A stretch of DNA of 64,000 nt from Cirrosporium novae-zelandiae (taxonomy: Eukaryota): contig JAPETS010000004.1 of assembly GCA_026023565.1 (NCBI GenBank), positions 1 through 64,000 on the forward strand, written 5' to 3'. Positions within the stretch are counted from its first letter, which is position 1, and each line of letters begins with the position of its first letter. This document shows positions 25,981-38,339 of the stretch, piece after piece. The position numbers and the translations under genes were made by a program. Under the pieces are notes generated by a model that did no database searches, had not been told where the DNA came from, and saw nothing but the letters and a program-made list of their open reading frames with translations.

Positions 25981-26021
25981 TCGCGACAGAGTATGACGCG
26001 ACTGGGATTAAAGACGCGACT
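25981..26021. promoter_or_regulatory. Cluster of three CGCG (MCB-like) boxes upstream of MSH3
   Basis: TCGCGA at 25981 and GACGCGACT twice (25995, 26013), 65-105 nt upstream of the ATG. Confidence 0.5.
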
Positions 26022-26543
26022 TTCAATTAAAGTCGTCGCCAAGTTCAACGCCACTAAACATCTCTACACCTTACTTCTGTTATAATGATTTGAATATAAC
26101 ATAGCAATATCTATTATCGAAATATTGAGAGTTGCAAAGTTTATACATGAAATACTATGGCCCTCCTGATTATACTATTGTTTGACGCTCAGATATGATA
26201 ATAAGATCGACCAAAACCTTGACCCTTCGTTTTCATTCACCTATGCAAGTATCTCTATGAAGATGCTTACTGAAATTGATTTACCTATGCTGATATACCG
26301 AGCACTTCTCAGCAGAGTCTAACATTCCAACTAGAGTAGAATACAATCAACAATCATACCTCCAATTTCAAGATATATAACAAGAGTGATGAAAATACAG
26401 GTATTGATAGAACTTAATAAAAACGCCTTGGACTTAGTCCAAATGTCATGCGAAACCATACGCCACCTAAAGCAATGCAGCAGCGGGAGTTAAACGCAGA
26501 TGAATAATACAACGAACAATTAAGACTGAGAAGCGGGATTGCC

Positions 26544-28442
26544 CTAGTCGTCAGATTTTAGTGGGGAAGAAAAGTTGATAATATGATCCCCTTCCAAGTC
26601 TAAGTGGTCCCGTTGGGAATGAGCCATTGAGTCGAAATGTTGCCCTGGTTGAGACCTCAGTTGAGCGGTGGGCTCGACATGCATCCTTTGACTAGCCGGG
26701 GGATTTGGAGCTTGGTGTTGTTGAAAGGAAAAAGAAAGAGGGTTAAAGGAAAGGCCGGGGACCTCGTGTCCAGAGAAGATACCGTAGTGCATAGATGGTT
26801 GGGTATGGAAGAAATGGTGTTGGTATGCCTCAGGAACCGAACTGGAACGCTGGGGGTTCCAGTTTCTGGACGTGCGTACAGACAAATCTGAAACCCCGGG
26901 AAATCCTAGTGGCTCTATGTTCTCTTTCCCAGTAACCTGGTAAGGGTGACCTTGGGGCTGAAAGGTTGATCGTTGCTGATTAAAAGTGGAAATGTTCTCG
27001 CCGCTCGGTATTAAAGAATTATGAGGACGAAATTCCGAATTGAGGACCGCAAGGTCTCGCCCTTGAGTAAATGGAGACTTTCTTTGCGACGATGCGGCAA
27101 TGCTCGGTCTATGTGCAAGTTGGGATGTTCTATCAACGCCACCATTGGAAATAGGCTGGTCTTCAAATACCGTAAAGCCTCGCCTTTTCTTATTTGTCAG
27201 TCCTTTCACGGTGAGCTTGAATTCAAGTTCATCGTCTTTCGAAGTAAAATAGTGCCCGCCCCCATACGACGGGCTAGACGGGGGGCTATCCAATGTTGTG
27301 AGAGCCTGCCTAGGTATATCATAGAGATCGATATTGTTTGATGGCTTTTCCCAGTAATGGTGTTTATTTTCTCGGGTGTTGGTATTCAGTGAACTGGTGC
27401 TATGCTCAGCAAGAGGCTTCTTTTTTGGCACTCCCCTTCTTCGCTTTTGGACCGGTGTTTCACCTTGCAGAGGACTACTACTATCTATCATCCCAGAGAT
27501 TAGACGCTCTTTTTTCAGTACTCCGTCAGGTGTGTATATCCGCTCCGTAGGTTCCACGGTGGCTGAAGTGATCAGCATTTGCTGCAAATTTGTACCATCT
27601 TTCTTCTGGTTTCTTTTTCGCTTGGTCTCTGGGGTAGCAGAATCGAAAATATTCATACCGGGCCAATAGACACCTTTCAGTTTGGCACTATGGCTCGGGG
27701 TTAGTGAGCCTTCTTCCTCGGGTTCGTCAATTTCAAGGGTTCCATTATTCGTATCTGTGTCCTCGATTTCTATATCGAATGGATTTGATAAGCCCTTAAG
27801 AATATTTTCATGTGGCTTAAGGTAGAATAATTGTGAGTAAGATTCCATGGAAGGGCTACCATAACTTGGAGATGTTTCATTTTGAGGACGCTCAACATCA
27901 AGCCCAAATATATCTATTGGCTGGCTCGGAAGAAGATGAGGGGCCTCGTGTAATCGATCTCTGCTCGTTTGCCAAAGATGCATCTTAGGTAGGCGAGCGT
28001 CAGGTCCCAGAATGTTATCAGAGGCTGGAAATTGATATAAGAAATCATCTTGTTCGACTTTGCATTGGTCTTGGGACAACCGTGGGTCAAGATAATCGGG
28101 GGTTTCGAAAGGCATCACCGGTGTTGTAGTAGCTGATGGGTTTTGACGTTTAGGGAGGAGAGGCCTTTCAGCCTTTTTTCGACGCATTGTAGATGTTCGT
28201 GGCTTTTTGGTTTCTTTCTGATGCATCCTTTCGGAGAGCAGGCGTTCGAAATCATTATTGTTGTACCATCGATCATAAGTGTCCAGCTGGTCCCGAGCTT
28301 CAGCTTCTGAGCGGCTGCGAACTTGGAGCTTGAAGTAATGGGAAAGGTGACCTTTGGAGCCAACATGAGTAAGAAGGTGAGAAATATCACTGAAGGTGGG
28401 TTTCTTTGGACAGATACTGCAGAGGAGGGGTACGGAAGCCAT
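26544..28442 (-). CDS. Hypothetical protein with N-terminal C2H2-like zinc finger
   Basis: First ATG at 28442 gives MASVPLLCSICPKKPTFSDISHLLTHVGSKGH. Internal block LKGVYWPGMNIFDSATPE.KRKRNQKKD and basic NLS-like patches. Intronless ORF. Confidence 0.8.
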   Translation of the reverse strand: MASVPLLCSICPKKPTFSDISHLLTHVGSKGHLSHYFKLQVRSRSEAEARDQLDTYDRWYNNNDFERLLSERMHQKETKKPRTSTMRRKKAERPLLPKRQNPSATTTPVMPFETPDYLDPRLSQDQCKVEQDDFLYQFPASDNILGPDARLPKMHLWQTSRDRLHEAPHLLPSQPIDIFGLDVERPQNETSPSYGSPSMESYSQLFYLKPHENILKGLSNPFDIEIEDTDTNNGTLEIDEPEEEGSLTPSHSAKLKGVYWPGMNIFDSATPETKRKRNQKKDGTNLQQMLITSATVEPTERIYTPDGVLKKERLISGMIDSSSPLQGETPVQKRRRGVPKKKPLAEHSTSSLNTNTRENKHHYWEKPSNNIDLYDIPRQALTTLDSPPSSPSYGGGHYFTSKDDELEFKLTVKGLTNKKRRGFTVFEDQPISNGGVDRTSQLAHRPSIAASSQRKSPFTQGRDLAVLNSEFRPHNSLIPSGENISTFNQQRSTFQPQGHPYQVTGKENIEPLGFPGVSDLSVRTSRNWNPQRSSSVPEAYQHHFFHTQPSMHYGIFSGHEVPGLSFNPLSFSFQQHQAPNPPASQRMHVEPTAQLRSQPGQHFDSMAHSQRDHLDLEGDHIINFSSPLKSDD

Positions 28443-29283
28443 GGTTAAAAGCAATGTAATGAAGTTGCAATGGGGTGGCAAGTAGAGTGGAAGCAACAAT
28501 GAAGCTCCAAGAGGTGTACTCTTACTCCAACAAAAGCTCTGTAAATCGAATGCTCTCGGCGCTTTCTTGCAAAGATGAAGAATGAGATTAAAGTAAATGA
28601 AAACCAGATGCGTCGAGGTTCCTTCCTGTTGATAGCATATGGAGCGAATCCTGCTACCTACAGATATAAAAGGCAAGAGCGGGTTTCAACGTACTGCACA
28701 TTTTAGGAGGTAGGTACGAGGAAGCGAAATAGCATAATAGTCAGAATTATGTGAAATTCTTCAATACTAAAGAAAGCCAATGTACTTTCCTGATCATCCA
28801 GTTTTTAGGAATATACAGTCTAGAAAATAATTCTTTCCAGGGGAGCAGATGATATTTTTGGACCTTTTCAGATAGAACTACAACTCCCGTATGATGACCT
28901 ATTCCATTGGAATGCCATGTTAAATTTCTCCTAAAAGACATTTGAACTTCCTGCTTAGATTTTCCACAATACACATGATCAATAAAGAAAAATAATTTAG
29001 TCAAGTAGTTACGAAGTAGTAATGCGAATAACGCTGAGGGAAGAAAATCATCTTCATCTTCATCATAAGAACAAGACATTTCCTTGGGAGCTTTATGCGG
29101 CCAAATCACACGGCCCATGATGGTTGAAACAGATAAGAAGATGCCAAGGTATAGTTCTCCTCTTGCCTTGTATCTCAGCATCCATGGAAAGTTGGAAGTG
29201 GGTTATTAGATGGCAAGAGTTATGCAGACAGTGATGGAAAATCTGGAAAGGGGAAGAAGCTTGCTGATAGATATCATATTTCA

Positions 29284-30500
29284 CTATGAGCTCAATGCAT
29301 ACTTTGTAATAGTTTTGGGCATACAACTAATATACATATCAGTGCGATTCTCAAGACTGTGATATTTATGACTTACTATATCGGATCGATTTCTTCTAAA
29401 CCGTCATAGCCTAGAAGACTTAATCCAGCAATGCCAAAATGTGTGTGAAATACATCGACGGTATCTCCTGGTCGGTCTGCGATTCCTCCCATTTCAAGAT
29501 CCTTTGCATTGTCAACAATGGAATTCGAACTTGGTGTAGGTCAAGAGGACTTACCTGGCATTTCAGAATGAATTTTGACAATTTCTCACGATCAATCCAA
29601 TGCAATTTGCCAATCATTGCCAAACTACTCAAGACCCACCAACTGTAACAAACATCTTCTAATTTCTCTGGTCTCCCGTTTAACCCACCATTTTTAAGTT
29701 GCCTTTCGCTCAACCAGCTCCCAAGTGTTTCCTTGTCAACCAGGTCTAATCGCCCTGCAATAGCCAAGGCGGCGACACAGGTGAATATTTGTCCAGAATG
29801 CGACTCTGCTCCCGGGCTGACACCATAACCTCCATCAAAATTGGCGCATTCTTGGATATGAGCAACCGCTTTGGCCACATCAATCAAATGCATAAGATGA
29901 AGGAGAGATAGGGCATTAAATGCGCCATACAAAAAACGGGTATCAGTCTCGCCCCATTCGTCGCCTGCAAAAGTACCAGATTCTGGGTTCTGAAGAGCCG
30001 CGATATCTGTTGAAGTCATGAAATTGAACCAGAATTAGCGTCTCGAAGAATACGTACACTGGCCAACTCGATTTTTTCCGCCCTTTCCGTTTTGTTCTAG
30101 TTTATCTAATCCATTTACAGTAACGAGGATCTGAACGGCACTGACTGTATATAGCATATGGGGGTCATGGCCTGGGGCAGCTCCGAACCCCCCATTTTCA
30201 TGTTGACATGATAGCACAAAGTCTATTGTGTCCTGGCGAGGTAAAGCATCTGGATGGCGAAGTAGATGAAGGGCAGTTAGGCCCCAGTAAACACCATTCA
30301 AACGTAAGTGTTCGGTCAGCCAATATCCAAGCTCGTTTTTCCTCTGACAAGATTTAAATTAATTAATCGAAACGGATGGGCACGGATGCACGCACAGTGT
30401 CAAGGCTCTGGATATATTTGACGTGCTTCTCCATGACTAATTCAAGTTCGTCGGGTAGTGGACCGGAGCCTCCTTTCCCGGGACCTGAGACAAGCGACAT
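29284..30500 (-). CDS. BET2: Rab geranylgeranyltransferase (type II) beta subunit
   Basis: [45 protein letters not shown] and IDPIYCMP. Introns 30344-30395, 30007-30057, 29502-29554 and 29327-29376. Confidence 0.93.
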
Positions 30501-32935
30501 GATCTAATCTACTTGGATTTGTGTGCAGTGTAGCAATGAATTGACTGGGTAGCTAAGCCACTTTCTTTTTTTTCTTTCTTTTTTTTTTTCTTTTCGAAGA
30601 GATTTGATTCTCCTATTGCTTGGTATTAAAAGTAGAGAATAAAATTTGATGAGTGTAAAAAAGAAAAGGTTGACTTACCTTTTGGGCTTGGGTTGGGGGA
30701 GGGGGAAGGGGGCCGAACCCAGTTACTATTTATGAAATGCTTGAAGGCTGAAAGGTTTGAAAGGTTCATGTTGGTAGAAAAGCCGTTGATGCCACTTTGA
30801 ATTTAACCCAAATGCAGCTTAGTGAGAATGGATGACTGTACAAGTAATATGGCATTTATGTGGTATTTGTGGCCGGTCAGGTTAACATATTTGTGGCACT
30901 GGGTGATAGTTGTGGCACTTGTGGTATTCCCTTCATCTTCTGAGAAAGAGCTGGAGCAGCTGGAGCCAAGGCTTCCCGGTTAAGTTCATTGTTAGTGAGA
31001 CTTTGTTCCTGAAAGAGCAATTGTTCGTCCTTCGGTCTTGTGTTGAACCAGACTTAACAAAAGCTAACAGACGCTTAACCTCTTAACCTCTTAACCCAAC
31101 CCTCCTTATGCCCTTCTGCGAAGAACAGGAGGGTGTCCCCTGGTTTATCCAGACACTATTGAGACCACTGACCATTTCTCTTCATTCATCGTATTCATCG
31201 TCGGCAGTGGGCAGTGCATCAAAGGATCAAAAAAAGGACCCAGGAACAAATGCAACAGGACAACACAGCACAGCACAGCACAACTACCAGAGAATTAATT
31301 ATTTGACATCTGACATCTGTCATCCGCCACATATTAGTTATTCTTTTTTCCCTCGCTTTCTAGGAAAAAGAATCGAAATTATCGAAATTATCGAAATTAT
31401 ATACAAATCAATTGGTTCAATAAGCTCTTTGTTCTTTTAGCGAATTATTATTTTGTTTATCGGCCAAAGTCGAATTAGATATTGGAACAGTTGTGGTCTC
31501 TTGGTCCCTTCAGACTCTGATCTTCTGGTTATCGTGGTCATTTGCTGGTGGTTGTGGTCGCTTCTTCTCCTGCCAAGACCGGTTTCCTGCATGCATGCCA
31601 TCCAAAGTCGTGGGCAACCTTGGACTGGGTTTGTAAGGCTAAGGTTCAACCTTTTGTGAAACCCCTGCTCTGCCAGAAACTGCTTCATCAACAACGCAGA
31701 CATTCACACTGAACAACTGATCCTTTGTTGCTTGTCCGTGGAATGTTTCCCCAGGTCCTCTGGCCATCAGCATACAATCCGAAATCCTTTAGTATCCTAC
31801 CAAACCTGCAGAAAACTTCCTTATCCTGAGACACCCTTACTCCGTCAACGAAGCCTTTTCCTCTACCAACCAGTGCTTCCCCGGACATAAGCTTTTGGGC
31901 CCCCCCGAGCAATCCCACCGCCAGAAAAGATAACATATTGGATCAATCTTCCACCTTCCCATAAGACCTACATACAAACGCCAACTACAATCGTTGCTTA
32001 GGTTGTTGCCTAGATCAAAACACGCAGTTATCATCTGGTCTAAACCAATCCATCCGCCGTTTCGTCAATGCCCCCGCGTCTGCACTCCGCAAACTGTACA
32101 GATACAGCTGGACCGGTGACATTGCATTGATTGTGCATTGATTATTCCATTCTCTCATACACACATTCCACTTAAGAGTCATTACCGGCCTCAAGAACGA
32201 AGCTTCTCCAACCCCACCTTGCAACACGGCTGCGCAACCTTGAGATCTGTCCGTGTAACCCGCGGCACATCCTTTGGGTCGGATCGTGGGACGATAACTT
32301 TCAGCTCTACTTTTTCCGAGAGTCTTGATAGCTTCAGATTAATTGCTCTGCTACCGAGCTGGTGAGTCTCTCACGAAGCTTCCATATCTCAGAACTATTT
32401 CGAGTAACGCGAGACTTCTTTCGCGGTTGACCTTGGATTTCTCTTAGCGCCATAGATTATGGAACTCTGGCTAATGGCTGTAATGTTATCGAACAGGGTA
32501 GAAAAGAGTTCGTTCGACTTCTAGGGAAACACGTCGCTTAGTGCCAGACTCTTCCAGTTCTATTCGATTCTTTCATACCTCTGCTTTGGACCACCTATTT
32601 CAACATTCGTATTTGGATATGCATGATTAGAAAAAAGGAAAAACTGTTTAATTGGATAATCTGCAGGCAACCTTTCTACTTACGGAGGTATGCCCTTGAC
32701 CATCCATTCGCTTTCCGATTTAGACCAAAAAGATTCATATATAAGATGCTCGTTGCTAAACAGCTCGATCTTATATTGCCTAGTTCTCATCTTTGATGCT
32801 GTTCACCTAACTGATTGCAGGTCAATAAATTATCGAAAATAATCGTCACATGAAGAATTCTAATTCTATCATAGACATTCTATTTGTTGGCAGCACACTT
32901 AAAACATTTTACAAACCTTCTCTCAAGTCTTAAAT

Positions 32936-34959
32936 ATGTCAAGGCAATCTCGTCTTCCCCCTCTTAATCTAGACCATCTGATTAATAAGGAGTCTGAAAA
33001 TAATGCACCCCAACTCATAACGGGTGTGCCCACATCTCCTCTGTCTCCTGTTGCTAAGCATAGTCAGTCGATGGATGAAACTCGAGCTTTAGCCTCTACT
33101 TTGCGCTACGATGGTGTAACATCCCCAACGTCTCAGTTCACGTCCCTCCCTCCAGTACCAGCATCCCCAAAGGCCCAGGGAAAGGACTCTCGTGAAAACA
33201 AAAAAGGAATTTGGTCAAACTTCAAAGCTTCCCGGTCACAAACCCGTCTATCCGAATCTCCGCTCAGACCATCTCCAACAACCCCGTTTCCAAGCTTCTC
33301 CCCTGCTGAGGAGGCCCCGGTGAGCCCTATAGATAGGCCATTTACCGCCCACGCTACTCACCATAACCATGGTTAGTACATTCCTAAAATCTTCGGGAGA
33401 TTTGACTAATTCATCCTTGTCCCTTAGACCCAACATTTGGTAATCATACCTCTGGTGATGGACCTGCTTTATCTAAACAAAGAAGCAGAGGAAAGTTTCG
33501 CTTATTGCGAACTCAGTCATTTCTAGGGGAAGCAAGTGGTCGAAAGCAAATTCCCAAAACTCCGACAGTCAAAATGACTCCGGCCGAACAGGAAAACGGC
33601 AATGAACAGTATTCTATTCGCCATGGTCATCATAATTCCCATAGCCACCACGGCGGAGAGCATTTGTTTGGAAGCTCACTTGGCTCATCTATTCGAAACC
33701 GATCTGCAGACAGCCAACAACATGAAGGTCACGGGCATATGATGAAAAAGGATAGGTCGCATTCCGGTTCGATGACAAACTTATCTGCTTCTTTCAGAGA
33801 GCGTACCGGTGGACAATTACTCTCAAACCTCCGCAATTCTGGATCGAAGGCTGCAGATGGACTCGGAAAAGCAGGGAGAGGAATCTTTGGCAAAATGAAG
33901 AGGAGCGGAAGCTCTAACGACAGAGAAACATATAATGACGATAACTATATTTGCACAGTCATTAACCTCCCCCTTATTGAGCAAACTCGGCGTACGAGGA
34001 TTGCCAAAAGGATTGATTGCTCTCGAGACAAAACTGAATTCTGGATGCCGGCTCTACCATGGCGCTGTATAGAGTAAGTTATTTGAAATTTCCAACGATC
34101 TGGCTTACAGTAGCTTACATGCGCTTAGCTATTTAAATGCGAAAGGCTGCGAGGAAGAGGGCCTCTATCGTATCCCCGGAAGTGGCAAAGAGGTGAAACA
34201 CTGGCAAAGGCGATTCGATATAGGTACGGCTTTTTGTTCCACTTCTTAATTGCTTCGAACTAACATTGCTCAGAACATGACATTGACCTTTTCGAGGAGC
34301 CTGATCTTTATGATATTAATATCATTGGCTCTATGTTCAAAGCCTGGCTGAGGGAGTTGCCCGATGAACTATTTCCAAAAGGCGTGCAAAAAAGGATCGC
34401 AGATTCTTGTATTGGAGCCACCACTGCGACTCAAGTATTCAAAGATGAGCTCTCTAAATTACCTCCGTACAACTACTACTTACTTTTTGCAATTACCTGT
34501 CATCTTAGTCAACTGCATGCTTGCGTTGAAAAGAACAAGATGAACTACAACAATCTCTGTATCTGCTTCCAACCTTGCTTGAAGATAGATTTATTCTGCT
34601 TTCGAATTCTCGTTACCGACTGGAAGAATTGCTGGCAAGGCTGCTGGACAGAAAAACAGTGGCTGGAAGAGGAGCTTCGCATTGAACGACTAGGTTCGAG
34701 CGCTGGCAATAGCATTTCTGCAATCAGTGATACTCTAATCGAAGAACATGTCGGATCATCATCTGAGAATATTACTCCAGCTTCGTCTGTGAAGATACGA
34801 ACGCCAGAAAAGCCTAGGCCATCACCTTTGCCCCTCCATATACAGAAAGAATCCAACAATCTCCAAACTCCAGCTAATGACCTTGGGGGTCATGGACATG
34901 CTTCTTCTGAACTTCCCCCTCTGATGCCGTTATCACCAATGGCGCCCATAAAATTTTGA
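32936..34959 (+). CDS. RhoGAP-domain protein
   Basis: WMPALPWRCI, EEGLYRIPGS (arginine finger), SMFKAWLRELP and NKMNYNNLCICF. Introns ~33372-33427, 34074-34128 and 34224-34273. Confidence 0.9.
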
Positions 34960-35444
34960 TCAACTTCCCGTTTGTTGTCGATTGGTCTTTTGTCCAAAGT
35001 CTTTTCAACATTAGCCTCGGAGTTTTTGCGATACTAGGCGTTACTTTGGTGTTTTTGATGCTATTGGACATGAATTAAGGGAAGATTGGAGGATTGTGTG
35101 AACAGGTCTCATCTCTTGCATAGTTGCGTGAGCGTTGTTGGCCATCTTGCGTGTCCCAAGAAAATACGACGCATGAAGCAGAAAGTTTTACGATACCAAG
35201 TGGAAACCCACTGAATTGTACAATAGATGAATTTTCGCAATTAGAGCCGAATTCGGCTAATCCACGAAACTTTTATTTCCCACAAGCTGGCAGTTCACTG
35301 ACTGGTCCATATGTAACGCCTTTTCCGTAAACGCCATCATCTTTTTAGCAGTTGTATCCCCAGATAGATAGCCACCTCAGCGATGAGCCTTCATATGTGA
35401 CTGTCCAGAGGGCTTGGGCAGGTTATGCCTAGTCACCCAGTATG

Positions 35445-36127
35445 TTATGACTTTCCAGTCTTTCTTACTTTTCTTTCGTTCGCCCGCTGTTTACGTTCGT
35501 TTCTCTTTACTCTTTCTATCCTCTCCCTCCTCTGCTCAGCTCTCACATCCATACCACCGTCAGACGTATCCTTCTTATCATCAACCTCCACAAGCCAATC
35601 GCCCTCGCCAGCTTTATTCGCACCCTGATATCCCCACTTATTAACCCATTCCTCTTTCGCCTCGTCATACACCTTCTTATCACCTCTCCTCTTCGACTTG
35701 ATGCCCTTTTTCGCTGCAAATCGTTCCCATTTCGTTGGGCCCTTCTCCACTGGTCGCGGCTTTTCTCTCGGAAGGGGAGTTGTAGGTTTTGGTAACGTTA
35801 ACGACACACCAGTAGAATTAGATGTCAATGGACAGACGGTGAGGAGTTGATTAATCAGCGCTTGCGCAGAATCACGTGCAGCCGATATGAGGTCCGCTTC
35901 GGTGAGAGAAGTGTCGGGTGGTAGAGGATTGGAATCATTCACGAGAAGATTTCCCAAGTCGAAAGTATAGGGAATCGGCTTGGAAACCGTAACAGGTCTG
36001 GGAGCAGTTAGTCGGTGGGGACTGTGGTGGAGAGAGATGAGAATTACAGTCGCTGTTTCGATGGAACAGAAGTAGTTGCGGTAGATTCAACGGGTACAGT
36101 GCTGGAGGTCGCCATTTCAATCTCCAT
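35445..36127 (-). CDS. RRS1: Ribosome biogenesis regulatory protein Rrs1
   Basis: KPIPYTFDLGNLL, ARDSAQALINQL, LPREKP..TKWERFAAKKGI and W..KWGY.GAN. Intron 35998-36046. Confidence 0.93.
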
Positions 36128-36512
36128 AATGCTTAGAGTGTGTATGTTGAAGTGGGTAGTCGTAAGAAATCTTTTAGATAACGAGAATTGAATGCTTGAG
36201 AGCTTCAAACAAAATCGAGCTATGATTTAAATTTAATTTCAAAGACACTCGATTTTCGCTCTTCAAATTTTGGGAGGCCTTTAGGTAAAATGGTGAGTCG
36301 GGGACTAATTATTGTCATTTTATTTTTTTGCTTCCATCCTTGACTGCTTAGCTGCTCACGTGCCGCTTCAAGAAAATAAGCTTAAATATTTTGCGGGCGC
36401 GAAAGCGGCGTCAGGGCTTCCGGAGAAGTTTCTCCAAATCATCAACCACTACTTTATCTAAACATTACATCGTGTCAGCTCTTTCTTTTAATAACTGAGA
36501 GAGTCGTTCACG

Positions 36513-37988
36513 ATGACCTCTCCACTCTGCTGGGGATGCCTGATACGGCGATCCTACCAAATACGGCCAATTTCTCAGGTTGCCATCCTCTCCACAATCC
36601 AGGCTACTGCTTCTTTTTCTACAACATCTCTTTTCTATGCTAGGGTTCAAAGCAATTCCGTTTCAGGGCCGGTTCGGGGTGTAAAGGCCCTCAAGATTTC
36701 AAAGTCTACACCTAAACCGAGAGGGAAACGCCCGGATCCAGGGGAACGGAAAGCACAGAAGAAACGAATCGTTCTTAGTAATACCAACGCACTTGAAGTC
36801 CCCAACGTACAGGATTTCACAATCCAAAGTTTAGGAGATGCTAATGTGCAAGGGCATATGCTTAGCCTGCCAGGCAAATTAGTTGATCAACTGCGGGCGG
36901 TTGAAGCGTTCAAGCCAACACAGGGATGGGCAATGTTCCGAAAACCTTCAACATTGATGCGGAAGGAGACATTGGACTTGAGTAAAATAATGGACGAGAT
37001 ATCTACAACGAAAGGGAAGAATCATAGAGTGATAGTAACAGGACAAAGAGGTGCAGGGAAGAGTATGCTGCTCTTACAGGGAATGGCTACAGCATTCCTA
37101 AAACAATGGGTGGTAATTCATATTCCGGAGGGTTTGTCTCCCTGTTTCATTTGAGTAATACTCTTTTTTTTTGTTAACATATCTGCAGCGCAAGACCTCA
37201 CCATTGGGCATACTGACTACTTTCCCATTCCTGACATCACACCCACCCAGTATATTCAGAATAATTACACTGCAAACCTCCTTTTGCGTATCGCTTCTGC
37301 CAATACCTCCGTTCTCCGCTCTATCCCGTTCGAAAACCCCTCTGGAACTTTTTCGCTCCCAGCGAACCCAACTCTCTACGACCTTGCCAAGCTCGGAGCC
37401 GAAGACTTGGAGCTTGCTTGGCCTGTTTTTGGTACACTTTGGAAAGACCTTACTAGTACCACTGGCCCAAATTCTCGACCGCCCATTTTCCTTTCCCTGG
37501 ATGGACTCCATCATATTATGAAGCCCAAAACTGGATATATAGACCATGACGCCAAGCCAATTCACTCACATGACCTCGCTCTAGTGAAACATTTTGTGGA
37601 TTATTTAAGCGGTGCAAAAACGCTGCCTAACGGTGGTGTTGTTATAGCTGCCACTTCGGCGAGTAATGTTCCCGGACTCCCTCTCTTCGAGACAACTCTC
37701 CGTCGCCGTGAAGCTCAAATCACCTCATCTCCGTCTTCCATCGTTCCAGAGTATGACCCCTTTCGGCAACCAGACCTTAAAATTGAAGGTTCACTTAATG
37801 CTGTTGATAAAGTAGTGAAACTTTGTGGAACTGGAAAAGATGAAGCGAGAGGATTGGTTGAGTATATTGCGCGAAGCGGACTAGTACGGGTCAGGGTCAA
37901 TGAAGCCAATTTTGCAAGATGGTGGTGTGTTAGTGGAGGAGGTGTTGTTGGGGAATTAGAGAAAGCTGTCTTGAATATCAAGCGCTAA
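36513..37988 (+). CDS. RSM23: Mitochondrial ribosomal small-subunit protein mS29 (DAP3/Rsm23)
   Basis: Presequence-like N-terminus, GERKAQKKRIVLSNTNAL, L..VEAFKPTQGW, P-loop GQRGAGKS and SGGGVVGELEK. Intron 37132-37188. Confidence 0.85.
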
Positions 37989-38120
37989 TTGGGAAATGTG
38001 AATATACCGTAAAGGATAAAAATGTACATTTATATTTATGTTGGACTGTTCTCCACTAGAAATACATTCAGGTACCAAGTAAATTAAGGTTGATGAATAT
38101 GGCCTAAGCTTTAATAAACC

Positions 38121-38168
38121 CCGGTTGACCGATTGCCCGATTGACCGATTGACCGATTGTCCGATTGT
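38121..38168. repeat. Six tandem 8-mers (CCGATTGN) upstream of the adenylosuccinate synthetase gene
   Basis: CCGGTTGA CCGATTGC CCGATTGA CCGATTGA CCGATTGT CCGATTGT. Confidence 0.85.
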
Positions 38169-38339
38169 CGGACCAACTACTGGATTCGCAAATATAAGCC
38201 AGTCCGACCCCGCCATTCCTCTTTTTTCCTCTGGTAAGGTGAGTTGCCATTCCCCGGACGTGATCTGTGAACGCATATCTAACTGTTTATGAAAATCTGA
38301 TAGCATTTATTCAGAATTATTTCTAGCTGGTTATTAAAA

